DNA from: Atractiella rhizophila
Taxonomy: Eukaryota
DNA length: 48,452 bases
Direction of reading: 5' to 3'
Assembly (NCBI GenBank): GCA_021432655.1
Contig: MU271227.1
Location: 86,576-135,027 of the forward strand
Under the pieces are notes generated by a model. It had not been told where the DNA came from and made no database searches. It was given only the letters and a program-made list of their open reading frames with translations. Positions 36,612 through 47,178 of the stretch are shown piece by piece (position 1 is the stretch's first letter; every line of letters begins with the position of its first letter). Position numbers and translations under genes: made by a program.

Positions 36612-38157
36612 TTATTCATCACCAAGAACTTTAACCGCACTCAGAATAAAACCTCCGCCGTTCATACCTCCTCCATAACCCCTGACGTGCGGATGTGTTC
36701 TGCCAGGCAAGACCTGCCACTCTTTGATGAAGCTCTCGGTAACCTGCTCGTTCACAAAGTTCTTAGAGAACTTCATCATGGTGTGACATTTCTTCAATGC
36801 TTCGATTTGAGGATGATATATCGCGATCGACGCTGATCCAGCGAGAAATGGAGACAACAGATTAATTAGTGATGCTGGTTCGTATGTTGATACGATCAGC
36901 AGTCTGGCCCTCCATCAGCTACACAATGAACATGTAGAGAGGGACACACGAGTCAAAATCGCCACTTTGAAGATCCTGACGAGCATCTTCAAACTTCTCC
37001 CTCCTCTCCCTGCGTTTCACGTCTTTGATTTTCTCCTTTGTTCCTCCTCTATTCTCTTCTCCCTCTGCAGGGGGCGGTGGGGGAGGCGGGGGAGGACCAA
37101 GCTCTCCATCAATATCGAATTCTGGGTTGAGACCAAGAAGATGCATGCTCTTCCATACACGCATCTCCTCGTCGCTTAATCCCATCGTCTTCAGAATGCT
37201 AGTATCTGGTGGACTGTCGTTATCTGTCAACGAGAAGGCCAGGCCCTCGCCTGCCCCAACGCAAAACCTTGATTTGAGTCCACATCAAACAACAAATAAT
37301 GGATAACAGACCGCCCAACCGTTCCAGCACAGCGCCAATCAGAAGACCACCTATTTGGTCGAATATGAGAGTACGACAACCAGGTCGCACAGCGGAAAAG
37401 GAAAGCATTTGAGAAAGAGTGTCTGGACGCAAGAGCTGAGTTTTGAGTGGATTCTTGATGAACAAGCTTTGGGTAATATTGTGCAACGAAGGCTGGACCG
37501 GAGTAAAAATCTTCATAAACCTGATCACTGGCTTAAGAAACGACGTGTACTCAGAAGACAGACCACGCACTTGGATTGCTTGCGCTTGATATATTTGTCT
37601 TTAGAGAAGCCAGTCTTTAACGAGAATGCTTGATGCTGTTCGACCTGCTTCTGGATTATCTCCTTCGCTAAAACGTCAGATTGGACTTATAAAGAGCAGG
37701 TACACGGCGCACGCGAGCATCCATTCCCAACTTTTTGAAAGTTTCAATATCCACTGTTGACAGAGTCTGAGCACCGATATTGGCGGATATGTCCTCGTTC
37801 GTCTCGTCCGTCATTTCTGTGTTTCCTCTCAGTAGTTCTTCCTCCTAGTATTGAAAAGACACACCAATCTCGGAGAGAGAATAGTCGAGCACAACTCTGA
37901 GTTTGCCATCCCCTTCGATTTCGTAAGTGAGACCATAGGGCTGGTCAATAAGGTCTGAAGCGTCGTTAATAGTCCCAAATTTTCCCAACTTTATGGACCT
38001 GTAATCTTATGTGATCCTTGAGTGTCGAGTAGAGCCAGAGAAGAAGAACGCACGTTTTGGGTATCAATTTCGCTGACTTATGAGTTCCTGATGGCAAGCG
38101 AAGCACAACTGTGTCTCCAGCGCGCATGTAGCTTCGTTGACTTGAAGGTGTCTCCAT
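36612..38157 (-). CDS. TRM6: tRNA m1A58 methyltransferase non-catalytic subunit Trm6/Gcd10, multi-exon
   Basis: GDTVVLRLPSG, IKLGKFG, QPYGLTYEI, FSLKTGFSKDKYIKRK, LRPDTLSQML, GLLIGAVLERLG, WQVLPGRTHP, GGFILS. Confidence 0.93.
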
Positions 38158-38341
38158 CTCCCCCTTACACTTTTATGCCAATGTTGCTAAAATCCTTGCT
38201 TTTGTGGGTGATAACTGTCCTGAGACTCTTTGGAAGTGAACAAAATTGACAGATCTAGCGGCCACGCTCCTGGCGGACTCGCGGTACCGAAGCGCCTGGC
38301 ATGACCGTAAGTGGGCCGTAGCGTGTCAATATCGTATTTTC

Positions 38342-38401
38342 TCACGTGATACACTTGAAGAGCCCCTCAGACCGAATCCTAAGGGGCGCGGAGGTATAAA
38401 A
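38342..38401 (+). promoter_or_regulatory. E-box TCACGTGA (38342-38349) and TATAAAA (38395-38401) in the TRM6/H1 divergent promoter
   Basis: Both motifs are read directly from the sequence, 130-190 nt upstream of the H1 ATG. Confidence 0.5.
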
Positions 38402-38530
38402 CAACTTCCCTTCAGAAGGTCGCCCTCCTCCAAACAACGAACGCAGAAATTTCCCTTGCCTCAATTTTCAACTCTCCATTTCGACTCCGATCTTTTGCGA
38501 AGCAACCCTGCCAACTACAGCTCAGCAATA

Positions 38531-39811
38531 ATGGCTTCAGATAAAACAAGCACCAAGAAATCGAGCGGAAAAACCGCGACTGGAAAGACCAAGTCCAGCA
38601 CTACAAAGAAAGCCACGTCGTCCAAACCCGCTTCCAAGAAAGCCGCTCCCTCCCATCCCCCTTATCAGGTATGCTGCCTTATCCTAGGCGCTATTTCCAC
38701 CAATTTTCCCCCGCGTTTTGAACTAGAGAGGCCCGAGATGTTGAATGTGTTGTTTGCTTTTTTATCATCTCTATTTGTGTAGAGAATCCAGCCTTTTTCT
38801 CTAGTTAACGTCAGATATTGTGCACCCCTTCTCCTCCATCTAGAAACGTGTTGTTCTGTTGCTGACGCATTTTGATGGGGCGTAGGATATGATTTTGGTG
38901 GGTATCCTCCCAGCCCTTAAGTGGGAAAGGGTGTCCTTGTCACCGACCTTCACTAACGAACATTGAAACAGGAATGTATCTCTCAGGAAGAAGGAGGTAA
39001 TCGAGTTGGTGTTTCTAGGCCTGCTATCAAGAAGTATGCCTTGCAATTATCCATGCAGCTTTCCATGCTGATACATTCACCTGTGGCGTCAGATATATTG
39101 AGAACACGTACAGCGTCCGTCGGCACTTATCTTGTTTCGCCGTCCTCATGCCCATCATAGATACCTATCAATAACACTGTCACGCACAATATCTCTGCTG
39201 CCATTGAGCGAGGTGTTGAAAATGGCGTCTTCTCCCTCCCCAAAGGTCCGTCCGGAAAAGTGAAGAAGGCTGCCAAGGCTTCTGCCGGCGGGAAGGAGGT
39301 CTGTCTATTCTTAATTTGGTTTCCCCATTATGACCTAACAGCTTGAGTAGAACGTTAAGCCCACCTCTGCCGCTAAGAAGCCCACCTCTGCTGCCAAGAC
39401 GGTCACGAAGAAGCCTGCCGCAAAGCCTGCTGCAAAGAAGACCGCCACCGCGAAAGCCCCTGTTAAGAAGGCCACAACGAAGGCCACAACGAAAGCTACA
39501 GTGAAGAAGGCGCCTGCGAAGAAAACTGTAGCTTCCGCAACAAAGAAGACGACGAAGAAACCTGCTGCGAAGAAAACAACTTCTTCCCTCGCTCCTTCCA
39601 AGGTTGGTTTCTCACACTTCTGGATTGAGCTGCCACTAACACCATGGATCGCAGAAACCCGCCGCTGCACGCAAAGGTTCGTTGACTACTCGTCTGTAGT
39701 CTCTAGACTAAATTCTTTACAGCACCGAAGGATCGCACCAATGTGCCTACCAAAGCGCCAGCGAAGAAGAAGGCAGCTCCGAAGAAGAAAGCTTCTCCTG
39801 CAAAGGCTTGA
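38531..39811 (+). CDS. HHO1: Linker histone H1, 8 exons including micro-exons
   Basis: Spliced globular domain HPPYQ|DMIL|ECISQEEGGNRVGVSRPAIK|KYIENTYS|IPINNTVTHNISAAIERGVENGVFSLPKGPSGKVK, then a Lys/Ala/Pro/Thr-rich tail; stop TGA at 39809-39811. Confidence 0.93.
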
Positions 39812-40409
39812 GCTATTTCTACTCACCTTTTTGCACACTTCTTTGATTCATATTCGTGTATGAATATTATGCATTTATGACCTCATCGTGATTGGTGGTC
39901 CTGTATTGTGTTCCACTCCCTGGACGCCTTTCTCTGATTTCTTCCTGTTTTGCTTGTTCCATCTTCCCTCTTGCTTGCCTATTGAATTATGCCTTCGTGT
40001 TTCGTGTGTCCTGATAGCATTGCAGCAGAATCCATGACAAATTGTTTTAACCGCTACGCCACTATGTCGCTTTTGTGCAACACCTGTAACAGCCTGCCAT
40101 GCCATGTCGAGGATTGCGACATGTAATTGATATTCTGCAAGACTTTGGCGCGCCATTAAGGTTCGGAATATTAATGATGAAATTTCAGCCCCAACTTAGG
40201 CTCACTTGGTGAAGACATTCTGAAAGAATAAGATGTATGGACTGTGGATAGCTTAGGTAGTAGTTTTTTAGTATGAAATTGCAGGAAGCTTGTTGTTGTG
40301 AGCTTCTGATTCTATTCTCACAAGATTGTTGGGCGAGTTCTCCCCAAGACAGAAGTGTTCTACAATATTTGTAAGAAAATTCATATGCGTTATCAAAGTC
40401 ATACCATTT

Positions 40410-40858
40410 TTAAGCTTGGATAGCAAAGCCATCATAATGAAGGTATTTTTCTAAGTTCTCCTGGGCTTTCGGATCAAATCCGATTGTTGTTCTCAAATTG
40501 ACAAAGGTAGTCCCTCGCTCTTCCTCTGGATCCATCCTTATAGCCATTAAAAGAGAATGACATGTTGGGCAAAAGTAGAAAATGCTGTTCTTGCTAGCGT
40601 ATTGGTATTGGGAAAGGGACTCGAAGTTGTTAGAAGTGATAGCTAGGTTATTTGGGGGGAGACGACTGGAATTACCCAGCACATGCATCAGCGGGGGTCA
40701 TTTCAACCAATGGATACCTACAGATAGAGTGGCCCGGCGATGGTGCAGTAGCTGCAGTTGCATGAAACTATTTTGGCATCGGCTGGTATAGGCGTGGGGA
40801 GTGAAAACGAATATGTGTACGTTTTGCAATGGCATTGTCCAGTATATGTTTCGCCCAT
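40410..40858 (-). CDS. GFA/CENP-V (Mss4-like) zinc-binding protein, copy 1, 2 exons
   Basis: YTGQCHC..CNCSYC..|..FCPTC..VNLR..YDG, the typical CxC/CxCxxC/CxxC pattern. Confidence 0.85.
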
Positions 40859-41024
40859 TTTATTTCTGAGTTTGTGATGATGGATCACGAAAGGTTTTGG
40901 GGAAGCGACTGCTTTATAGGAGACAGGAGATGGGCCGCGCAAAAGTTGCCTCGCTCGGTGTCGAACGACAGTGCTTCCGCTCTGGTGTCTTGATTACCAA
41001 ATATGCTGAAAGTCAGCATCATAG

Positions 41025-41675
41025 ATACCTATCAATAACACTGTCACGCACAATATCTCTGCTGCCATTGAGCGAGGTGTTGAAAATGGCGTCTTCTCCC
41101 TCCCCAAAGGTCCGTCCGGAAAAGTGAAGAAGGCTGCCAAGGCTTCTGCCGGCGGGAAGGAGGTCTGTCTATTCTTAATTTGGTTTCCCCATTATGACCT
41201 GACAGCTTGAGTAGAACGTTAAGCCCACCTCTGCCGCTAAGAAGCCCACCTCTGCTGCCAAGACGGTCACGAAGAAGCCTGCCGCAAAGCCTGCTGCAAA
41301 GAAGACCGCCACCGCGAAAGCCCCTGTTAAGAAGGCCACAACGAAGGCCACAACGAAAGCTACCGTGAAGAAGGCGCCGGCGAAGAAAACTGTAGCTTCC
41401 GCAACAAAGAAGACGACGAAGAAACCTGCTGCGAAGAAAACAACTTCTTCCCTCGCTCCTTCCAAGGTTGGTTTCTCACACTTCTGGATTGAGCTGCCAC
41501 TAACACCATTGATCGCAGAAACCCGCCGCTGCTCGCAAAGGTTCGTTGACTACTCTTCTGTAGTCTCTAGACTAAATTCTTTACAGCACCGAAAGATCGC
41601 ACCAATGTGCCTACCAAAGCGCCAGCGAAGAAGAAGGCAGCTCCGAAGAAGAAAGCTTCTCCTGCAAAGGCTTGA
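41025..41675 (+). pseudogene. 5'-truncated second copy of histone H1 (exons 5-8 only); probably an allelic assembly duplicate
   Basis: Matches 39161-39811 apart from synonymous and intronic SNPs; no start codon or N-terminal exons. Confidence 0.7.
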
Positions 41676-42273
41676 GCTATTTCTACTCACCTTTTTGCAC
41701 ACTTCTTTGATTCATATTCGTGTATGAATATTATGCATTTATGACCTCATCGTGATTGGTGGTCCTGTATTGTGTTCCACTCCCTGGACGCCTTTCTCTG
41801 ATTTCTTCCTGTTTTGCTTGTTCCATCTTCCCTCTTGCTTGCCTATTGAATTATGCCTTCGTGTTTCGTGTGTCCTGATAGCATTGCAGCAGAATCCATG
41901 ACAAATTGTTTTAACCGCTACGCCACTATGTCGCTTTTGTGCAACACCTGTAACAGCCTGCCATGCCATGTCGAGGATTGCGACATGTAATTGATATTCT
42001 GCAAGACTTTGGCGCGCCATTAAGGTTCGGAATATTAATGATGAAATTTCAGCCCCAACTTAGGCTCACTTGGTGAAGACATTCTGAAAGAATAAGATGT
42101 ATGGACTGTGGATAGCTTAGGTAGTAGTTTTTTAGTATGAAATTGCAGGAAGCTTGTTGTTGTGAGCTTCTGATTCTATTCTCACAAGATTGTTGGGCGA
42201 GTTCTCCCCAAGACAGAAGTGTTCTACGATATTTGTAAGAAAATTCATATACGTTATCAAAGTCATACCATTT

Positions 42274-42722
42274 TTAAGCTTGGATAGCAAAGCCATCATA
42301 ATGAAGGTATTTTTCTAAGTTCTCCTGGGCTTTCGGATCAAATCCGATTGTTGTTCTCAAATTGACAAAGGTAGTCCCTCGCTCTTCCTCTGGATCCATC
42401 CTTATAGCCATTAAAAGAGAATGACATGTTGGGCAAAAGTAGAAAATGCTGTTCTTGCTAGCGTATTGGTATCGGGAAAGGGACTCGAAGTTGTTGGAAG
42501 TGATAGCTAGGTTATTTGGGGGGAGACGGCTGGAATTACCCAGCACATGCATCAGCGGGGGTCATTTCAACCAATGGATACCTACAGATAGAGTGGCCCG
42601 GCGATGGTGCAGTAGCTGCAGTTGCATGAAACTATTTTGGCATCGGCTGGTATAGGCGTGGGGAGTGAAAACGAATATGTGTACGTTTTGCAATGGCATT
42701 GTCCAGTATATGTTTCGCCCAT
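42274..42722 (-). CDS. GFA/CENP-V-like protein, copy 2 (one Q/R difference; probably the other allele)
   Basis: Same structure as 40410-40858, lying within duplication 3. Confidence 0.75.
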
Positions 42723-43523
42723 TTTATTTCTGAGTTTGTGATGATGGATCACGAAAGGTTTTGGGGAAGCGACTGCTTTATAGGAGACAGGAGATGGGCC
42801 GCCCAAAAGTTGCCTCGCTCGGTGTCGAACGACAGTGCTTCCGCTCTGGTGTCTTTATTACCAAATATGCTGAAAGTCAGCCTCCAGGTGACCCGAAATC
42901 AGCTGGAGGCGCGGGAAAGCGTATGTTACAGCGTAGACCCATCCTGCAGTCTTCAATTGGCCAGAAGGTATTCTGTTTTTGTGATTCACTGGATACCAAG
43001 ATGTACCGGACGGTTGGATGTGGCCTTGGAGCATGATACATTGATATTCATGAGCTGGTACTATTCAGCTCTCACCGGGCTCCGCTGCGATCAATGATTC
43101 CTTTCTAGAAGAGTCTTTATTTCATTCTTCCACAGGCGAGCAAGAGTTAGAATCGCCTTTTTGTACCAGGTTGCATTGGATTATCAGTTCTATATCTCCT
43201 GGACTGAGAAATCTCCAGCAAATGGAAGAAGTACGCTTCCATTTTGACGGTGAGGAATTTCAGTTGTCATATGATCGACGGTTCTTCACAATACTGTAGC
43301 GCTTGATGCATGAACTGGAGCATGGAGCATAAGTAGCCATATCCCATGCTTCATGATCTCATGATCCATTTAACGTTTTCTAAGTTCTTTGTTTTGATGG
43401 GCTATATCACGTTGTGGTTGTGCCATCTGTACCGAGAAGCTTTTTTGGTAAACGATAAGTACATGTTCGAGAGCTAGAGATTCGACGGACCAATTGCACT
43501 CCGCCTCTGGAAATCGAATCGTG

Positions 43524-44333
43524 ATGTTATCTCTCCTCTTCCTCCTGCCGGCAGTTTTATCCATTCAGCTCACTATTCCAAACGCCTCGACCCAATGGAC
43601 TCTCCCACTCAGAGGCCATCGTGTCACATGGACTGAGCCACAGCGTGGTGATCCTTTACTTGTGGACGTGATGCTGGCGACTCCTTGGAACGAGACGATA
43701 CTCATGGCGCGGGACGTCAAGGCTCACAAAATGAAGTGGAAAGTGCCATCCACCTTCGACGATACTGGAATGGTGCCAGGAAAGGGATATCTGGTCATGT
43801 TGATTGATTCAACGGTCCATAAGACGTAAGACCTCTTCCTAACGTCCTTCACAGGTGTCTAACATGCAGAGTAGTATCTATGCCATTGGTGGCCCTCTCG
43901 CCATCATGAGCCCTAACACAACACGGATCACACCTTCGGCCAATCCAAAACTCTTGTCCACTCGTTCGTCGGGTCAATCGGTCAAGATCACACAAGCTAC
44001 TTCGAAGTCGGTTTCATCCCTGCTTGTATGCACAGACTGGCTGAATGCAATACTAGAGGAAGCAAAGAGGTTCCTATCTCGACAAAGGCGAAGGAAGGAA
44101 CGTCGCCTTCTCGTTCATCTATCCCTCCTTTCTCTCCTTCGACACCTCAGACTCGGACAATTCTCCCATTGACGGCGAGTCGATCAAGCACGGTAATTGG
44201 TGTTATGACAACGAAGAGAACTGTTTCGCCTACCCACTCTTACAGCGCTTTTGGGGACGAGAACAAAGGAATCAACTTGCATCCTAGCCGAATAACACCA
44301 CTCGTTCTCTTTAGTCTGGTGTATTTTAGATAG
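43524..44333 (+). CDS. Secreted Ser/Thr-rich, probably GPI-anchored cell-surface protein (Kre9/Knh1 N-terminal-like), 3 exons
   Basis: Signal peptide MLSLLFLLPAVLS; I.P....W....VTW..DP..V.L..GY..L..IYA pattern; S/T/P-rich stalk; hydrophobic tail PLVLFSLVYFR. Confidence 0.7.
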
Positions 44334-44813
44334 TGGCCCGATACTGATAATCGCGCCGTACTCATGATGGCGAGAATGCAGACCTACTAAGAGTGCATTC
44401 ACAATATCAAAGAACATTCACAAAGCCCTCAGATCCTCAAACTCCTCACGCGCGAGTCCCTCGGTACGATCAGCACGTCGTAACTTATCCCGTTTACTCC
44501 TGTTTATCAGTGCTGATACAGATGTCGAGCTAGTACTCCAACTAGGAGGATGTGAGAGGTGACACACAATTGACGCCGGCTTATCTCGGACTCGCAGACA
44601 AGCTTAACTGCTTTACTAAGCGACCTGGTGACTAAACTTTCTACGGGTTCTCCTGCGGTGATCCTATAAGGACTTCGTATTGACTTAAGCTGTCCTTTGA
44701 GGCAATAACATTTATTCAGACCCTTCCCGTTACTATTGCAACATTTCTTCAGGACAATCTCCAATGGCCAGGGAATCAGGAGGGAAAGATTTGGTATCAT
44801 CTGTGGGTCCTAC

Positions 44814-46414
44814 ATGATTCGACTGCTTGTTATAGTATGTCGTGACGGTGATACTCAGCCATCCTCACGCTCGCGACTGTCTTCACCCGTTTACAAACTG
44901 CCAAACGAAATCATCGAATGGATCGTATCCATCATTTTTGCTCGCAGTGACCGTTCCTTCGATGAAGTGGAGCCACTATCCCTAGTATGTCGCGCATGGG
45001 TTAGACCAGCTCAACACGTTATTTTTCGGTGTTTGAGAGTGAAGAGAGATGGTCCTGGACGATTGCTCCTGCTCAAATGTTTTGAAGAGTCGTGCGTTCG
45101 ACTATACGTTCGCAGCCTTAGGATTTGGTGTGGCCCAGCTAGCGACGACATTGCTGGCAATCTACCAGAATTATTTCTTGCTTTCCCCAATGTTGTACAT
45201 CTTCAACTCGAATTCCCTCACCCACTACAGCCATCGTACTCTGGTGACTCGGTCGCAGCCTTAACCGCCGTGCTTTCAGTTGTACTGTCTAGCGGTTTAG
45301 ACTTACAATTCCTCACTCTCATGAATTTCGGACGCTTTACCTCACAAGCCAACGAGATATTATCTCGTTGCGAACGGTTGAAGGAGTTTTCGTTGCACGA
45401 CACTTCTAATCGCTCCCCATTTTACCACGGCGGAGGCGATTCTGTGCATCTGGTCCCGATTGGATCATTCACTTCGCGGATACGCAGCCTAGCCATCAAA
45501 GGAATTCTCCCGCATGCCGCTCTTTCTTCCTTGCCTCTCCAGTTTACGAACTTGACTCGACTGTCACTGGTTCAAGAAGACAAATACTTTCTAGCGAAAT
45601 ACCTCAAAGACCTAGCGCCACTCTTCCAAAATCTCACTCACTTACATTTCGATTCCTATCTCCCTTTACACATGAAATGCCATCTGAAGGCAGGAGGGAT
45701 AGTCAGACGTGTTCCCCTTGAGCCAGACTTTGCAGTCTTCGAGGAAGGCTTGAAGAACTGTTTCAAAGCGGCTCAACGCCTGAAATTTTTTGCGTTTGAT
45801 TCCGAAGCAATCGAACTGTCCATCTTCAACATACTCCCGCCCAGCCTTGAATCTGTTCGACTCACCGCATTTCAAGGGCTCAATCGATTGCATTCAGTAA
45901 GCCATCGAGTCGGATCTCAGGAGGAATGGCTATCCGATCCTACTGCTGTTGTTGGAGAAGACTACCTTAACTCAGTTACGGTCGTAGGGGAAGACTATCT
46001 CGAAAATTTGGTCAAAGAGAAGCACTTCCCGTCCTTGCGCCTCGTCTCCTTGGTCTCAAACAAAAACTTTCGCACACAGTCAGACCTCGCAGAGGGCAAA
46101 GCGGTTGTGGAACGCTTGACGGAATTTTTCAACTTGAACGATGTCGCGGTGGAAGTACAAGTGACGGACGATGCACATCCTGGATTCAATGTTTTCGAGC
46201 CACATAATATGTCAGACATCCGACGAAAGCGCATCAAATTGTCCTCGTTAAAAATGCGCCGATGTGGTCGAGAGCGAGAGCGAGAGGCAGAAGGCGAATC
46301 ACAGGTTTTTCCCCTACAGTTCTTGCGGCGAAAATCGCTGATACGGTGTTGGTTTAGGCTGGAGCGCTCGACCTGGAGAATTTGGTGAACGAATTGCTCG
46401 CCTCCAATACGTAA
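44814..46414 (+). CDS. F-box-like plus LRR/RNI-like protein; start uncertain; probable terminal intron 46305-46357 (unspliced stop at 46388)
   Basis: KLPNEIIEWIV..LSLVCRAWVRPAQHVIFR..YVRSLRI; repeated L..L.L units (FPNVVHLQL, FTNLTRLSL, FQNLTHLHF, LPPSLESVRL, FPSLRLVSL). Confidence 0.75.
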
Positions 46415-47178
46415 AACTGCCAGTAATGAAGGGAGAAAGGTCCCGCTCATGACTAAATTGGCTCTGAAAGCAATGCAGGAGGTTATTCAATCAGTATAAG
46501 AGTGGATCTGGATGGACTGCACTTTATAATCATAGAGTGCCCCTTAGCCAAATCATGTACATATGCGCGAGGAGCGAGTATTAAGTGTATATCATTCGAA
46601 ATACCTCTCACCTTGCTATTTGGTACAAAATTCGTCCACTGCATTCGATACATGCAGACGTGTGCTGATTCTTCGTAGTTATCAATGGAAGTTCAGCTCA
46701 TCCAAACACTCAGACAATGTTGGGTGAGCAATACTTTCTTACAGGATCAGAAGGCTAGGTCATCCACTTGAAGTTGATAGGGCACATGAGATGGGAATGA
46801 TCACCTGACGGAGCAAGAAATGTAGAGGCAGAACAGCAAGTAAGCTGACACGCTGACGCCATGCATTGTGAGAATCGATATAACAGAACGAGGTTTATCC
46901 TTCCAACTCATCACCAAAACAAAATATGAGCCGTTGAAGAATAGAAATCCAATTGGTGCATGGAAGGCAACGGTAATGATATATAACGAATTGCGCTGGC
47001 ATGGGTCCAAACTGTCTTTCATGACCAATTGGCATCTCGACTTTCGCAATCTTCGACAGTACAACTGCCACACTCAGTTTCAGTGCATAAACGCAGAATC
47101 GTGCAACCATGTTCACTTTCCGGGATGGGCGAGCCGAAAAAGGGATAATGATTAGTGACTGCAATCCTACACCAAGGT

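Larger units (their letters stand above)
39153..42881. repeat. Tandem duplication 3, 1864-bp unit (junction about 41017), covering the 3' part of H1 and the whole GFA-like gene, under 1% divergent
   Basis: CATCATAGATACC starts at 39153 and 41017; GAAAGTCAGC ends at 41017 and 42881. Confidence 0.97.

Noticed and set aside
40174..40310. ATGATGA ... CTGA box C/D snoRNA-like motif (also present in the duplicate)
   Set aside because: No convincing terminal stem or recognisable rRNA guide; several such 7-mers are expected by chance.
3413..42881. Duplications as transposons or RIP substrates
   Set aside because: No terminal repeats, target-site duplications or transposase; the differences are codon-constrained rather than directional C-to-T.
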